A DNA stretch of 64,000 bases from Candidatus Oxydemutator sp. (lineage in GTDB: Bacteria > Pseudomonadota > Gammaproteobacteria > Poriferisulfidales > Oxydemutatoraceae), in NCBI GenBank assembly GCA_965203445.1, contig OZ241883.1:1984001-2048000 (forward strand), in the 5' to 3' direction. The notes below the pieces were generated by a model that made no database searches, was not told where the DNA came from, and saw nothing but the letters and a program-made list of their open reading frames with translations. A program made the translations under genes and the position numbers. Below, piece after piece: positions 41,173 to 51,783 of the stretch. Numbering within the stretch: the stretch's first letter is position 1; each line of letters starts with the position of its first letter.

Positions 41173-41694
41173 TCACCGCAAGCGCGGCATCAGTTCGACC
41201 AGGTTGCACGGGCGCGTGCGGTAATCGAGTTGTTTGTTGATCAGTTTGTCCCAGGCCTCGGCGCAGGCGCCGCTCGAACCGGGCAGGCAGAAAACGTAGG
41301 TGGCATTGGCGACGCCCGCGAGCGCGCGCGATTGCAGCGTCGAGGTGCCGATGGTCTCGTATGACAGTAGCCGGAACATCTCACCGAAACCAGTGATGAT
41401 CTTGTCGAGCAGCGGTGCGACCGCCTCCGGGGTGCCGTCCCGTCCGGTGACGCCGGTGCCGCCGGTCGTCAACACGACCTGCACCTCGGCGTCGGCGATC
41501 CACGCCGAGACCGCGGCGCGCACCCGGTAGACGTCGTCCGGCACGATGCGCTTGTCGTGGCAACGGTGTCCCGCCTGGGTCAAACGTTCGACCAGCAGCC
41601 GCCCGGAACGGTCGTCTTTTTCGGTGCGCGTGTCCGAGACGGTCAACACCGCCACGTCCAGAGGAATGAAATCTCGTTCGGCCATTGCTTGCAA
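41173..41694 (-). CDS. moaB: Molybdenum cofactor biosynthesis protein B
   Basis: Motifs [31 protein letters not shown] and RPCN. Confidence 0.95.
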   Translation of the reverse strand: MQAMAERDFIPLDVAVLTVSDTRTEKDDRSGRLLVERLTQAGHRCHDKRIVPDDVYRVRAAVSAWIADAEVQVVLTTGGTGVTGRDGTPEAVAPLLDKIITGFGEMFRLLSYETIGTSTLQSRALAGVANATYVFCLPGSSGACAEAWDKLINKQLDYRTRPCNLVELMPRLR

Positions 41695-41787
41695 TGATGC
41701 TACGAGATTATATACTTGTCCGCCACCGTTTCACCGCCCGCCGGCCGGCTTACCCGCGCAAACGACACACGACCCGATGCAAGCCAG

Positions 41788-42636
41788 ATGACGCCGCACC
41801 GAAAACCCCAAAGAAAAGGCACGGGCATGGCCGTGTCTTTGTTTCTGCTCGCGGCGAGCGCCGTCGGCCTCGGCGCGTACGCGTACATGGAGCACGCCGA
41901 GCAGGCGCGAATAACGCGGGAACACGAAAAAAGATACTTCCGCGATTGCGAGCAGTGTCCGTTGATGGCGAGGCTTCCTTCGGGTTCGTTCATGATGGGG
42001 GCGCCGAAATATGCCGACCATATCGAGGGGCCGGTGCATCGCGTCGACGTGGCCGGGTTTGCCGCCGGTGTGCGTGAAGTGACGTTTGCCGAGTGGGAGG
42101 CGTGCGTCGCCGCCGGCGGCTGCAACGGCTACCGCTCGAAAGACGACGGCTGGGGGCGCGGCAAACGCCCGGTGATCTACGTGAGCTGGGAGGACGCACA
42201 GGCATACGCGGACTGGCTGAGTCGTGAGACCGGGCAACGCTATCGCCTGCTGAGCGAGTCGGAATGGGAATACGCGGCGCGCGCCGGCACGACGACGCCG
42301 TACCACACGGGCGCCGAAACGCCGAGCAAGGTGGATGCCCACTACGGCGACCGCCAAACGCTCGAGGTCGGAACGCTCGCCGCAAACCCGTGGGGGCTGC
42401 ACGACGTGCACGGCAACGTCTGGGAATGGGTGCAGGACTGTTGGCACGAGAACTATGACGGAGCGCCGAACGACGGCAGCGCGCGGGAGGGCGACGCCTG
42501 TGGCGAGCGCGTACTGCGCGGCGGTTCCTGGAACAGCCGCGTCTGGAGTCTGCGCTCGTCGTACCGCATGCGGCGCGCCGTCGCCGACCGCAGCAACTTG
42601 ATCGGGTTTCGCGTGGCACGCGCGCTCACCCCGTGA
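41788..42636 (+). CDS. FGE-sulfatase (SUMF1/C-type-lectin fold) domain protein with N-terminal TM
   Basis: Motifs FRDC..CP.M, PV..VSW.DA, RL.SE.EWEYAAR, N.WGL.D..GNV.EW, RGGSW and GFRVAR. The start is uncertain. Confidence 0.9.
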   Translation: MTPHRKPQRKGTGMAVSLFLLAASAVGLGAYAYMEHAEQARITREHEKRYFRDCEQCPLMARLPSGSFMMGAPKYADHIEGPVHRVDVAGFAAGVREVTFAEWEACVAAGGCNGYRSKDDGWGRGKRPVIYVSWEDAQAYADWLSRETGQRYRLLSESEWEYAARAGTTTPYHTGAETPSKVDAHYGDRQTLEVGTLAANPWGLHDVHGNVWEWVQDCWHENYDGAPNDGSAREGDACGERVLRGGSWNSRVWSLRSSYRMRRAVADRSNLIGFRVARALTP

Positions 42637-42727
42637 GTTGCGCGCCGATCTACGTTGCGCGCGCGGCGCGGCCGCCGGGCATTCTTGACTATTCTTCGCA
42701 CAATAGCGACAATTCGCACTCCGCAAA

Positions 42728-42803
42728 GTCCCCATCGTCTAGAGGCCTAGGACATCGCCCTTTCACGGCGGCAACAGGGGTTCGAATCCCCTTGGGGACG
42801 CCA
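42728..42803 (+). tRNA. tRNA-Glu (TTC)
   Basis: 76 nt: GTCCCCA acceptor stem pairing with TGGGGAC, anticodon loop CTTTCAC, T-loop GTTCGAATC, and an encoded CCA. Confidence 0.97.
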
Positions 42804-42837
42804 CGAGGGCGCGCTTTTGCCCACGTCCGTCCGAGGA

Positions 42838-44244
42838 TTACGCGGTTGTGCGCGGAAACAGGTCGGTAACCACGCCTTCGGCCACCTCGGCTGCGAGTCC
42901 CACGGTCTCCGAAAGAGTAGGGTGGGGGTGCACGACCAGCGCCAGGTCCCGCGAATCGGCCGCCATTTCAATGGCCAGCACGGCTTCGGCGATCAAGTCG
43001 CCGGCGCCGTTTCCGCAAATACCCGCACCCAGCAGCACGCTCGTCCCGGGGTCGAACAATAATTTGGTCAGGCCGTCGCCGCGCCCGGTGGCCAGGGCGC
43101 GGCCGTTCGCCCGCCATGGGAAAACGGCTTTTTTATAATCCAGGCCGCGCTGCCGCGCCCGTTGCTCGGTAAGGCCGGCCCAGGCTATTTCCGGATCGCC
43201 ATAGACGACCGCGGGGACTATCCGGTTCTCGAAGCCGGCTTCGCGCCCGGCAACGTTGTCGGCGGCGACCTTGCCCTGATGCGCCGCCTTGTGCGCCAAC
43301 AGCGGGGGGCCCGCGACGTCTCCCACCGCATAGATATGGGGAACGTTCGTGCGCTGCCGGTCGTCGGCCGCGATGTATCCCCGGCGGTCGGTCTCGACGC
43401 CGGCGCGTTCCAGGCCGATTGCGTCGCTGTTCGGCCGGCGTCCGACGGCGCAGAGAACCGCGTCGAAACGCTCGTCGGAGGAAGGCGACGCCTCCCGCTC
43501 CAGGCGAACGGTCAGCTCGTCGGCGCCCGCGGCCGCGACTCGCCGCACACGGGTGCTCGTCAGAACTTCACACGACTGCGCGAGACGCGCGCACAACGGC
43601 GCGCGCAAATCGTCGTCGCACTCGCCTAGCAGCCGCGCTTCGCTCTCGACCAGCGAGACGCGCGTTCCCATTCCTTCGTAGAGGCAGGCCATCTCGACGC
43701 CGATGACGCCGCCGCCGATGATCAGCAGGCGCTCGGGGATGGTCTCAAAACGCAGCGCGCCGGTGGAATCGAGCAGCCGCGGGTGGCCTTGCGGCAATCC
43801 CGGCAGCGTGTCGTTGCGCGAGCCGGTGGCGATGATTGCATGCTCGAAATCGAGCGTGCGTCCGCTGTTTTCAAGACGCACCTGGTGCGGCGACGCAAAA
43901 ACCGCGGTCTCTTCGATGACCTCGACTTTGCGCCGTCGCGCGAGCGACGCCAGTCCGTTGCCCAGGCGTTCGACGAGCTCGTTCTTGAAGGCGGCGATGC
44001 GTCGTGGGTACAGCTTTGGCTCGCCGAATATGATACCGCGCTCGCCCAGCCCGCGTGCCTCGCGGCCGACGGCCGCCAAGTGCAACAACGCCTTCGACGG
44101 GATGCAGCCGACGTTCAGGCAGACGCCGCCCAACGACGGATAGCGCTCGATCAGTGCGACCGAGCAGCCGAGATCGGCGGCGCGAAAGGCCGCGGTGTAG
44201 CCACCGGGGCCGCCTCCCAATACCAGCACCTGAACGTCTTTCAT
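42838..44244 (-). CDS. lpdA: Dihydrolipoamide dehydrogenase (E3)
   Basis: Motifs GGGPGGY, GGVCLNVGCIPSK and HPHPTLSE; ATG at 44244. Confidence 0.95.
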   Translation of the reverse strand: MKDVQVLVLGGGPGGYTAAFRAADLGCSVALIERYPSLGGVCLNVGCIPSKALLHLAAVGREARGLGERGIIFGEPKLYPRRIAAFKNELVERLGNGLASLARRRKVEVIEETAVFASPHQVRLENSGRTLDFEHAIIATGSRNDTLPGLPQGHPRLLDSTGALRFETIPERLLIIGGGVIGVEMACLYEGMGTRVSLVESEARLLGECDDDLRAPLCARLAQSCEVLTSTRVRRVAAAGADELTVRLEREASPSSDERFDAVLCAVGRRPNSDAIGLERAGVETDRRGYIAADDRQRTNVPHIYAVGDVAGPPLLAHKAAHQGKVAADNVAGREAGFENRIVPAVVYGDPEIAWAGLTEQRARQRGLDYKKAVFPWRANGRALATGRGDGLTKLLFDPGTSVLLGAGICGNGAGDLIAEAVLAIEMAADSRDLALVVHPHPTLSETVGLAAEVAEGVVTDLFPRTTA

Positions 44245-45482
44245 CGCGCGTCCGGCAACAACCGGTGCGTTTCGGACAGCAAGCGGCAGTAGCCGTCCAG
44301 AAAACGCGCGGCGTCGGCGCCGTTGACGACGCGGTGATCGTAGGAAAGGTCGAGCGGCAGCATCAGACGCGGCACGAAGGCACGCCCGTCCCACAGCGGC
44401 GCGATGCGCGCGCGGCTGACGCCGAGAATCGCGGTCTCCGGCGCGTTGACGATCGGCGTGAAGGCGCTGCCGCCGATGCCGCCCTGGTTGCTTATCGTGA
44501 TACAGCCCCCCTGCAGGTCGGCTGCGGCGAGCCTGCCGGCGCGCGCCCGCCGCGCAAGATCGTTGACGGTGCCTGCGATTTCGAGCACGTCTTTGCGGTC
44601 GGCGTTGCGCACGACCGGGGCAAACAAGCCGCCGGGGACGTCCATCGCGACGCTGACGTGACAGTACTGCTTTTGTATCAGGCGCCCCTTGTCATCGAAC
44701 GCGACGTTGAATTTTGGGCAGCCGCGCAACGACAAAGCCAGGGCTTTTATCAGAAAGGCAAGCAGCGTCAATTTGATTTTTTCGCCGGCCGCCGCCAGTT
44801 GCTTGCGTCTGTCCTCCAGATCGGTGACATCGGCCTCGTCGTGCTGGGTGACGTGTGGCACGTTCCACCAGGCTCGGCGCACGCGCTCGGCGACGGCGGA
44901 CTGGATGCGGTCGGGTTCGACAATTTTCACCGGGCCGAAGCGCGAGAAATCCGTACTTCGCACCGCTGGCAATGGCGGTGAGGCAACGTGTTGTGACGTT
45001 CTCCTGACAAAATCTTTCACGTCCCGCTCCAGAATGCGCTCCTTCGGGCCGCTGCCCCGAACGGCGCGCAGATCTACGCCGAGTTCGCGCGCAAAGCGCC
45101 TGACCGAGGGGCCGGCTCTGATCATGCCTTGTTCCCGCGTCCGTTTCTCCGGCGGTGTTCCGGGCGGCGCGCCCGCTTCGGTGGCGCGCGCGACGCCTGC
45201 TGCCGGTGGTCGTGGCGAAGCGGCCTTTGCGGACGCCGCCGGCTCGGATGTCTCGAGCGTCAGCAGCGGCGCGCCGGCCGCGACCTTGCTCCCCAGCTTC
45301 ACGTGCAGCGTCCGCACGACGCCCGCCGCCTGCGCCGGCAATTCCATGGCCGCTTTCTCGCTTTCCAGCGTTACTACCGAGTCGCCCTCGGCGATGCGAT
45401 CTCCCGGTTCGACCAATATCTCGATAACCTCGACTTCATCGAAATCGCCGAGATCGGGGAGCGTAAGAACGTGCTCTTTCAC
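44241..45482 (-). CDS. aceF: Dihydrolipoamide acetyltransferase (E2), single lipoyl domain
   Basis: Lipoyl motif LESEKA, peripheral-subunit-binding domain P.VRR.ARELGVDL, and catalytic DHRVVNG. The GTG start is inferred. Confidence 0.93.
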   Translation of the reverse strand: MKEHVLTLPDLGDFDEVEVIEILVEPGDRIAEGDSVVTLESEKAAMELPAQAAGVVRTLHVKLGSKVAAGAPLLTLETSEPAASAKAASPRPPAAGVARATEAGAPPGTPPEKRTREQGMIRAGPSVRRFARELGVDLRAVRGSGPKERILERDVKDFVRRTSQHVASPPLPAVRSTDFSRFGPVKIVEPDRIQSAVAERVRRAWWNVPHVTQHDEADVTDLEDRRKQLAAAGEKIKLTLLAFLIKALALSLRGCPKFNVAFDDKGRLIQKQYCHVSVAMDVPGGLFAPVVRNADRKDVLEIAGTVNDLARRARAGRLAAADLQGGCITISNQGGIGGSAFTPIVNAPETAILGVSRARIAPLWDGRAFVPRLMLPLDLSYDHRVVNGADAARFLDGYCRLLSETHRLLPDAR

Positions 45483-45495
45483 CGGCTTCCCGTTC

Positions 45496-48156
45496 TCAGC
45501 GCGACGCGCCCGGCGCGGGCTTGTCGGCTTCGATACCGTAGCGTTCGATTGCCTGCTCCACGTGTGCGCTTCCGACGTTCGCGGCCGCGGAGCGCGCCAG
45601 TGCATGCAGCGCGGTGACGGCGATATGGCGGCGGCTGACCTCGAAAAAATTCCGTAGTTGCTCGCGCGTGTCGGAGCGCCCGAAACCGTCGGTGCCGAGA
45701 GTGTGGTAGGGGGCCGCGACGTAGGCCCGGATCTGCTCGGCGTACGCGTGCACGTAGTCGCTGGCGGCGACGACGGGCGCCGCGCCGTCTCCCAGACAGC
45801 CCGCGACCCACGACTTGCGGCGCGCGCTACCGGGGTGCAGGCGATTGTAGCGTGCAACGCGGCGGCCGTCGCGCGCCAGCTCGGTGAAGCTGGTCACGCT
45901 CCAGACTTCGGCCGCGACGCCCCATTCCTCCGAGAGCATCTTTTGCGCGGCCAGGCATTCCCTCAGGATGGCGCCGGAGCCGAGCAGACGCACGTCCGGG
46001 TTTTCGACGCGCTCCAGGAGATACATGCCGTTCAATATGCCGTCCTCCGCGCCCGCCGGCAGCGCCGGGTGGGAATAGTTCTCGTTCATCAGCGTGATGT
46101 AGAAGAACACGTCTTCCTGCTCTTGCACCATGCGCTCGAGCCCTTTGCGAATGATGACGGCCAGTTCATACGCGTAGCAGGGATCGTACGACACGCAGTT
46201 CGGCACCACCGAGGACAGCACGTGGCTGTGCCCGTCCTGGTGCTGCAAGCCTTCGCCGGCGAGCGTCGTGCGCCCGGCGGTGCCGCCCATCAGGAAACCG
46301 CGCGCCTGCATGTCGCCGGCGGCCCAGATCAGGTCGCCGACGCGCTGGAAGCCGAACATCGAGTAGAAGATGTAGAAGGGCACCATGTTGACGCCGTGTA
46401 TCGCGTATGCGGTGGCGGCCGCGAGCCAGGATGAGAATGCGCCGGCTTCGCAGATGGCCTCCTCGAGTATCTGGCCCGACCGGTTTTCTTTGTACACCAT
46501 GACCTGATCGGCGTCCTGCGGCTCGTACAGCTGCCCCACCGACGAGTAGATTCCCAGCGTGCGAAACAGGCCTTCCATGCCGAAGGTGCGCGCCTCGTCG
46601 GGGACTATCGGCACGACGCGGCGTCCGAACCGCGGTTCCCTGCAAAGCAGCGTCAAAACGCGCACGAAGGCCATCGTCGTCGAGAATCGCCGCTCGCCGC
46701 CGGCTTCGAGCAGCGGCGCCAGCACCTCGGGCGCCGGCGGCGGCAGCGGCCGCGCCTCGAGGTGGCGGCGGCGCTGGGGCATAAAGCCGCCCAATGCCTC
46801 GCGGCGGTCGCGCAGATAACGGTACTCGGGCGTGTCCCGACGCAGGCGGACGTATTCGAGGCGCTCGACCTGTTCGTCGTCGAGCGGGATGTCAAAGCGG
46901 TCGCGCATTTCTTTCAGCGACGCGACGTTCATTTTTTTCTGTTGGTGCGACTTGTTCTGTCCCTCGCCGGACTCTCCCATGCCGTAACCCTTGACGGTCT
47001 TCGCCAGAACCACGGTGGGCTGCCCCTCGTGGCGCACCGCCTCGTGGTAGGCCGCATACACCTTGTGCGGGTCGTGGCCACCGCGATTCAGGCGCCACAG
47101 CTCCTGATCCGACAGATGCGAGACCATGTCCAGCAGTTCGGGGTGCGTGCCGAAGAAATGCTCGCGGATGTAGGCGCCGTCCCGCGCCTTGTAGTTCTGA
47201 TAGTCTCCATCCACCGCCTGTTCCATTCTATTGAGAAGCAGTCCTTTTTTATCTTTTTCCAGCAGCGGATCCCAATAGGAACCCCAGATGACCTTGAGCA
47301 CGTTCCAGCGCGCACCGCGAAAAACGCCTTCCAGTTCCTGGATAATTTTGCCGTTGCCGCGCACCGGCCCGTCGAGGCGCTGTAGATTGCAGTTGATGAC
47401 GAAGATCAGGTTGTCGAGTCGCTCGCGCCCGGCCAGCGAAATCGCGCCTAGCGATTCCGGCTCGTCCATCTCGCCGTCGCCCAGAAACACCCATACTTTT
47501 CTACCGTGCGCGTCCGCCAGTTTCCGGTTGTTCATATATTTCATGAAGTGCGCCTGGTAAATACCCATAATAGCGGACAGCCCCATGGATACCGTCGGGA
47601 ATTGCCAGAATTCCGGCATCAGCCGGGGATGCGGATAGGAAGACAGGCCGCAACGCTTGATCTCGCGGCGAAAATTATCGAGTTGTTCCTCATTCAGGCG
47701 CCGCTCCAGAAACGCGCGCGCGTAAATGCCGGGCGAACTGTGGCCCTGGATGAACAGCAAATCGCCGCCGTTTGCAGCGTCAGGTCCTTGGAAAAAATGG
47801 TTGAAACCGACGTCGTAAAGCGTCGCCGCGGAGGCGAAAGTCGCGATATGGCCTCCCAGGCCGGGATTCCTGCGGTTGGCGCGGATGACCATGGCGGCCG
47901 CGTTCCAGCGAACGTAGGAGCGAAGGCGGCGCTCGATAGCCTGATCGCCGGGACTTGGCGCCTGGCGCTCGACCGGGATGGTGTTGCGGTAAGGCGTGTT
48001 GACGCCGCGTGCCGCGCCTAGGCCCAGGCGCTCGCCCTGGGCGGCCAGTCGGGTGAGCAGATAAGCGCCGCGTTCGCGGCCATCGTTGGCTACGACCGCT
48101 CGCAGGGCGTCGATCCATTCTTCGGTTTCTCGCGGGTCGCCGTCGTGGGTCGCCAT
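45496..48156 (-). CDS. aceE: Pyruvate dehydrogenase E1 (homodimeric)
   Basis: Motifs D.DP.ET.EW, QGHSSPGIY, TPP motif GDGEMDEPES and GEGLQHQDGH. Confidence 0.97.
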   Translation of the reverse strand: MATHDGDPRETEEWIDALRAVVANDGRERGAYLLTRLAAQGERLGLGAARGVNTPYRNTIPVERQAPSPGDQAIERRLRSYVRWNAAAMVIRANRRNPGLGGHIATFASAATLYDVGFNHFFQGPDAANGGDLLFIQGHSSPGIYARAFLERRLNEEQLDNFRREIKRCGLSSYPHPRLMPEFWQFPTVSMGLSAIMGIYQAHFMKYMNNRKLADAHGRKVWVFLGDGEMDEPESLGAISLAGRERLDNLIFVINCNLQRLDGPVRGNGKIIQELEGVFRGARWNVLKVIWGSYWDPLLEKDKKGLLLNRMEQAVDGDYQNYKARDGAYIREHFFGTHPELLDMVSHLSDQELWRLNRGGHDPHKVYAAYHEAVRHEGQPTVVLAKTVKGYGMGESGEGQNKSHQQKKMNVASLKEMRDRFDIPLDDEQVERLEYVRLRRDTPEYRYLRDRREALGGFMPQRRRHLEARPLPPPAPEVLAPLLEAGGERRFSTTMAFVRVLTLLCREPRFGRRVVPIVPDEARTFGMEGLFRTLGIYSSVGQLYEPQDADQVMVYKENRSGQILEEAICEAGAFSSWLAAATAYAIHGVNMVPFYIFYSMFGFQRVGDLIWAAGDMQARGFLMGGTAGRTTLAGEGLQHQDGHSHVLSSVVPNCVSYDPCYAYELAVIIRKGLERMVQEQEDVFFYITLMNENYSHPALPAGAEDGILNGMYLLERVENPDVRLLGSGAILRECLAAQKMLSEEWGVAAEVWSVTSFTELARDGRRVARYNRLHPGSARRKSWVAGCLGDGAAPVVAASDYVHAYAEQIRAYVAAPYHTLGTDGFGRSDTREQLRNFFEVSRRHIAVTALHALARSAAANVGSAHVEQAIERYGIEADKPAPGASR

Positions 48157-48163
48157 CTTTCGT

Positions 48164-48952
48164 CTAGGCGCGGATACCGACGCCGCGATCGAGCAGGTAC
48201 AGGCACAGGAGCGTGAACGCGACGAGGAAAAGCGTGATGACGGCCAGGGCCACGCCGGTGCCGACGTCGCTGTCGCCGAGGGCGCCTTCGCGGAACACGT
48301 TGATCATGTAAAAGATCGGATTCAGCAGCGATACCACGCGCCAGAAATCCGGCAGCATTTCGATGGAGTAAAAAATACCGCCCAGGTAGGTCAGCGGCAT
48401 CAACACGAAGGTCGGGATGATGGCTATGCCGTCGAAGCTTTTTGCGTACACGCCGTTGACCAATCCGGCCATCGAAAACAGGATTGCGGTCAGCAGCAAT
48501 ACCAGCACGGCGAGGCCCGCGTCGGGAAAGGGCAGGTGGCCGAAAAACAGGGACACCGCGAGCACGACGGCGCCGACGGTCAAGCCCCGCAGCACTCCGC
48601 CGATAACGAAGCCGGCCAGGATGATGGACGGCGGCATCGGCGAGATCAGCATTTCCTCGATGTTGCCGTGAAAGCGCGAGCTATAGAACGACGCGACGAC
48701 GTTGGCATAGGCGTTGGTGATCACCGACATCAGAATCAGGCCCGGGATGATGTATTCGACGTAGCTGTGCGCGCCGACGTCGCCGATTTGCGAACCGATC
48801 AGTTTGCCGAAAATGACGAAATACAAGACGGTTGTGACGGCCGGCGGCAGCAGCGTCTGCACCCAGATGCGCGCGAACCGCAGCACCTCGCGGTACGCCA
48901 ACGTGTAGAGGGCGATCGCGACGTAGCGCGGGCTGATTCGTGCGGTGGACAT
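48164..48952 (-). CDS. yadH: ABC-2 type permease (YadH-like)
   Basis: Motifs RF.RIW.QTL.PP, PGLI.MSVITNAY.NV and PLTYLGG.FYS. Confidence 0.88.
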   Translation of the reverse strand: MSTARISPRYVAIALYTLAYREVLRFARIWVQTLLPPAVTTVLYFVIFGKLIGSQIGDVGAHSYVEYIIPGLILMSVITNAYANVVASFYSSRFHGNIEEMLISPMPPSIILAGFVIGGVLRGLTVGAVVLAVSLFFGHLPFPDAGLAVLVLLLTAILFSMAGLVNGVYAKSFDGIAIIPTFVLMPLTYLGGIFYSIEMLPDFWRVVSLLNPIFYMINVFREGALGDSDVGTGVALAVITLFLVAFTLLCLYLLDRGVGIRA

Positions 48953-48960
48953 CGTGCGCG

Positions 48961-49884
48961 CTACTCCGTCGCCACCAGCTTGAGGAACAGCTCCTCAAGC
49001 CGGTTGCTGGTGTTGCGCAGGCTGAGCAGTCGGACGTCGTGGCTTTGCAGCTCGCTGAATACCGCCGCCAGATCGGTGTCCTTGCCGGTCACCAGTTCGA
49101 GCGTGCGGCTGTCGATCAGGCGCAAACGCGCCGAGCGCAGGCGCGGCGCCTCGGTGAGCGGTTCTTTCAGGTACAACGTGAACGATTCCGACTCCAGCCG
49201 TTCGAGCAGGTTTCTCATCGGCGAGTCCGTGATGATCTTCCCACCGTCTATGATCGCGATGTTGCGACACAGGCGCTCGGCTTCCTCCAGGTAGTGCGTG
49301 GTCAGGATGATCGTCGTCCCCCGGCGGTTCAGATCGATCAGAAAATCCCAGACCATGCGACGGATCTCGATGTCCACGCCGGCGGTCGGTTCGTCCAATA
49401 TCAGCAGGCGCGGGCGGTGGAGCAGGGCGCGCGCAATCATCAGGCGGCGCTTCATGCCGCCGGACAGGCTGCGCGCCTGCTCGCGGCGCTTCTCCCACAG
49501 ACCGAGCCGCACCAGTTGTTCCTCGGCGCGGCGCGTAGCCTCGCGCGGCGGCACCCCATAGTAGCCCGCCTGGTTGACCAGTATCTCCTGGACCGGCTCG
49601 AACTGGTTGAAACTGAACTCCTGCGGCACCAGACCGATGTGAATCTTGGCCTGCGAGGGGTTTTTGTCCAGGTCGTGGCCGTACACCGATATGCTGCCGG
49701 CGGTCTTGTTGACGAGCGAGGTGACGATGCCGATGGTGGTGGATTTGCCGGCGCCGTTCGGCCCGAGCAGCGCGAAGAAATCGCCGTGCTCGACCTGAAG
49801 GTCTATGCCTTGCAGGGCGACGTGGCCGTTTGCATACACTTTGTGCAGTTGCGAGATGGCAAGCGCGGTATTCGCGGTATTCAT
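48961..49884 (-). CDS. yadG: ABC transporter ATP-binding protein (YadG-like)
   Basis: Walker A GPNGAGKST, signature LSGGMKRR and Walker B ILDEPT. Confidence 0.9.
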   Translation of the reverse strand: MNTANTALAISQLHKVYANGHVALQGIDLQVEHGDFFALLGPNGAGKSTTIGIVTSLVNKTAGSISVYGHDLDKNPSQAKIHIGLVPQEFSFNQFEPVQEILVNQAGYYGVPPREATRRAEEQLVRLGLWEKRREQARSLSGGMKRRLMIARALLHRPRLLILDEPTAGVDIEIRRMVWDFLIDLNRRGTTIILTTHYLEEAERLCRNIAIIDGGKIITDSPMRNLLERLESESFTLYLKEPLTEAPRLRSARLRLIDSRTLELVTGKDTDLAAVFSELQSHDVRLLSLRNTSNRLEELFLKLVATE

Positions 49885-49957
49885 GGTGCGGGATTGATTA
49901 CAGCCATTCGGGAATTATATACTTGCCTTCGCCGGTTGCCTGCCGACGGGCGCGCCT

Positions 49958-50983
49958 ATGATGGACACGATAGACAGGAGCTTCTGCGTCGCACCGATGA
50001 TGGAGCGCACCGACCGACATTTCCGCTATCTGTTGCGCCTGATGTCGAAACGCGCGGTGCTGTATACCGAGATGCTGACGGCGTCGGCGTTGCTGCACGG
50101 CGACGCGCGGCGCCTGCTTGCGTTCGACGCCGGCGAACACCCGTTGGCGTTGCAGATCGCCGGCCACGACGCCACCCGGATGGCGCGTTGCGCCGTGCTT
50201 GCCCGGGAATGGGGCTACGACGAGATCAACGTCAACGTCGGCTGCCCCAGCGCGCGCGCGCAATCCGGCAACTTCGGCGCGTGCCTGATGCAGACGCCCG
50301 AGGTCGTCGCGCGTTGCGTCGCTGAGATGGTCGCGGCCGCGCGTCTGCCGGTCACGGTCAAATGCCGCATCGGCGTCGAGCGGCGCGGCGCCCGAGTCGA
50401 AAGCCGGGCTGAAAACGGTTATCGGGACTTGTGTCGCTTTGTCGAGAGCGTATCGCGGGCGGGCTGCAAAACCTTTATCATCCACGCACGCAAGGCGCTG
50501 TTAGGCCGAGGCGGCCCGTCGCCGAAGCAAAACCGCCGAGCGCCGCCGCTGCAGTACGACCGCGTCCATGCACTGAAGCGTGATTTCCCGGAGCTCGAAA
50601 TCATTCTGAACGGAGGGATGCAGTCGCTGGAACGGGCGAGGGAAGCCGTCGGCAACCTCGACGGCGTCATGTTGGGGCGCGCGGTGTACGCCGACCCGTT
50701 TATAGTGCGCGACGTGGATCGCCTGTTCTATGGGATCGAGGACGCGCCGCCCGCAAGCCGCCGCCAAGTCGCGCACGCGATGTCGGGCTATATCGAGACG
50801 GCAATGGAAAACGGCGTTCCGGCCGGGCGCCTGGTGCGCCATCTTGCGCACTGGTGCGACGGTCGGCGCGGCACTCGAAACTGGCGGCGCTGGCTCAGCC
50901 TGGAAGCACCGAAGCTACCGCGGCGAGAGTTGATGCCCGAATTGAGGCTGCGTCTTAAGGCAGTGTGCCCGGAGTTCGCCTGA
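49958..50983 (+). CDS. dusA: tRNA dihydrouridine synthase A
   Basis: Motifs APMM..TDRHFRY, N.NVGCPS, GACLM, HARKA.L and ILNGG. Confidence 0.93.
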   Translation: MMDTIDRSFCVAPMMERTDRHFRYLLRLMSKRAVLYTEMLTASALLHGDARRLLAFDAGEHPLALQIAGHDATRMARCAVLAREWGYDEINVNVGCPSARAQSGNFGACLMQTPEVVARCVAEMVAAARLPVTVKCRIGVERRGARVESRAENGYRDLCRFVESVSRAGCKTFIIHARKALLGRGGPSPKQNRRAPPLQYDRVHALKRDFPELEIILNGGMQSLERAREAVGNLDGVMLGRAVYADPFIVRDVDRLFYGIEDAPPASRRQVAHAMSGYIETAMENGVPAGRLVRHLAHWCDGRRGTRNWRRWLSLEAPKLPRRELMPELRLRLKAVCPEFA

Positions 50984-50993
50984 ATACGAGCCG

Positions 50994-51767
50994 ATGGCCG
51001 CCTGGATACGCTTTGCCAGAGGCGCGGACACAGGCTTCGGGCGCCTGGACGGTGATCACGTACGCGTACACAAAGGCGACTTGTTCGCCGCGCCGACGCC
51101 CGCGAACGAGCGCCTGGCGCTCGCCGACGTCGAGATTCTGACACCGTGCACGCCGTCGAAGATGATCGCACTGTGGAACAACTACCACGCGCTGGCGGCG
51201 GCGAAAGCTCTCGAACCTCCGCGCACGCCGCTGTATCTGTTCAAGCCCGCAAATACCTGGCTGGCCCACGAACGGAGCATATACCACCCGCAAGGCTACG
51301 ACGGCAAAGTCTTCTACGAAGGCGAACTCGGCATAGTGATCGGCTCCAGGGTCGCGAACGCGAGCGTCGCCACCGCCGCCGCCGCCATCTTCGGCTACAC
51401 CTGCGTCAACGACGTTACCGCCTTCGATCTGCTGAAGGAATACCCGGGCTTCGACCAATGGAGCAGGGCCAAGGGCTTCGACGGCTTCGGCGCGTTCGGA
51501 CCGGCCATCGTAAGCGATCTGGATTATCGCGCCCTCGAGATCATAACCCGCGTCAACGGCGACGAAGTGCAGCGCTATCCGGCCGCCGACATGATTCTGG
51601 CGCCGGACGAGGTGGTGGCGGCGCTGTCGTGCAACATGACGCTGCTGCCGGGCGACGTGATTTGCTGCGGCACCTCGGTCGGGCTCGGGGCGATGCCACC
51701 AGGCTGTCGGGTAGAAGTGGACATAAAAGGCATAGGGCGTTTGGTAAATACCTATAAAATCAGATAA
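50994..51767 (+). CDS. Fumarylacetoacetate hydrolase family protein
   Basis: Motifs YEGELG.VIG, GYTCVNDVTA, RAKGFD.F and PGDVI..GT. Confidence 0.92.
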   Translation: MAAWIRFARGADTGFGRLDGDHVRVHKGDLFAAPTPANERLALADVEILTPCTPSKMIALWNNYHALAAAKALEPPRTPLYLFKPANTWLAHERSIYHPQGYDGKVFYEGELGIVIGSRVANASVATAAAAIFGYTCVNDVTAFDLLKEYPGFDQWSRAKGFDGFGAFGPAIVSDLDYRALEIITRVNGDEVQRYPAADMILAPDEVVAALSCNMTLLPGDVICCGTSVGLGAMPPGCRVEVDIKGIGRLVNTYKIR

Positions 51768-51783
51768 ATTGGTCTCTTCCATA

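Noticed and set aside
42728-42840. Genomic island or prophage integrated at tRNA-Glu
   Set aside because: There is no integrase, no duplicated tRNA 3' end was seen, and lpdA follows within 35 bp.
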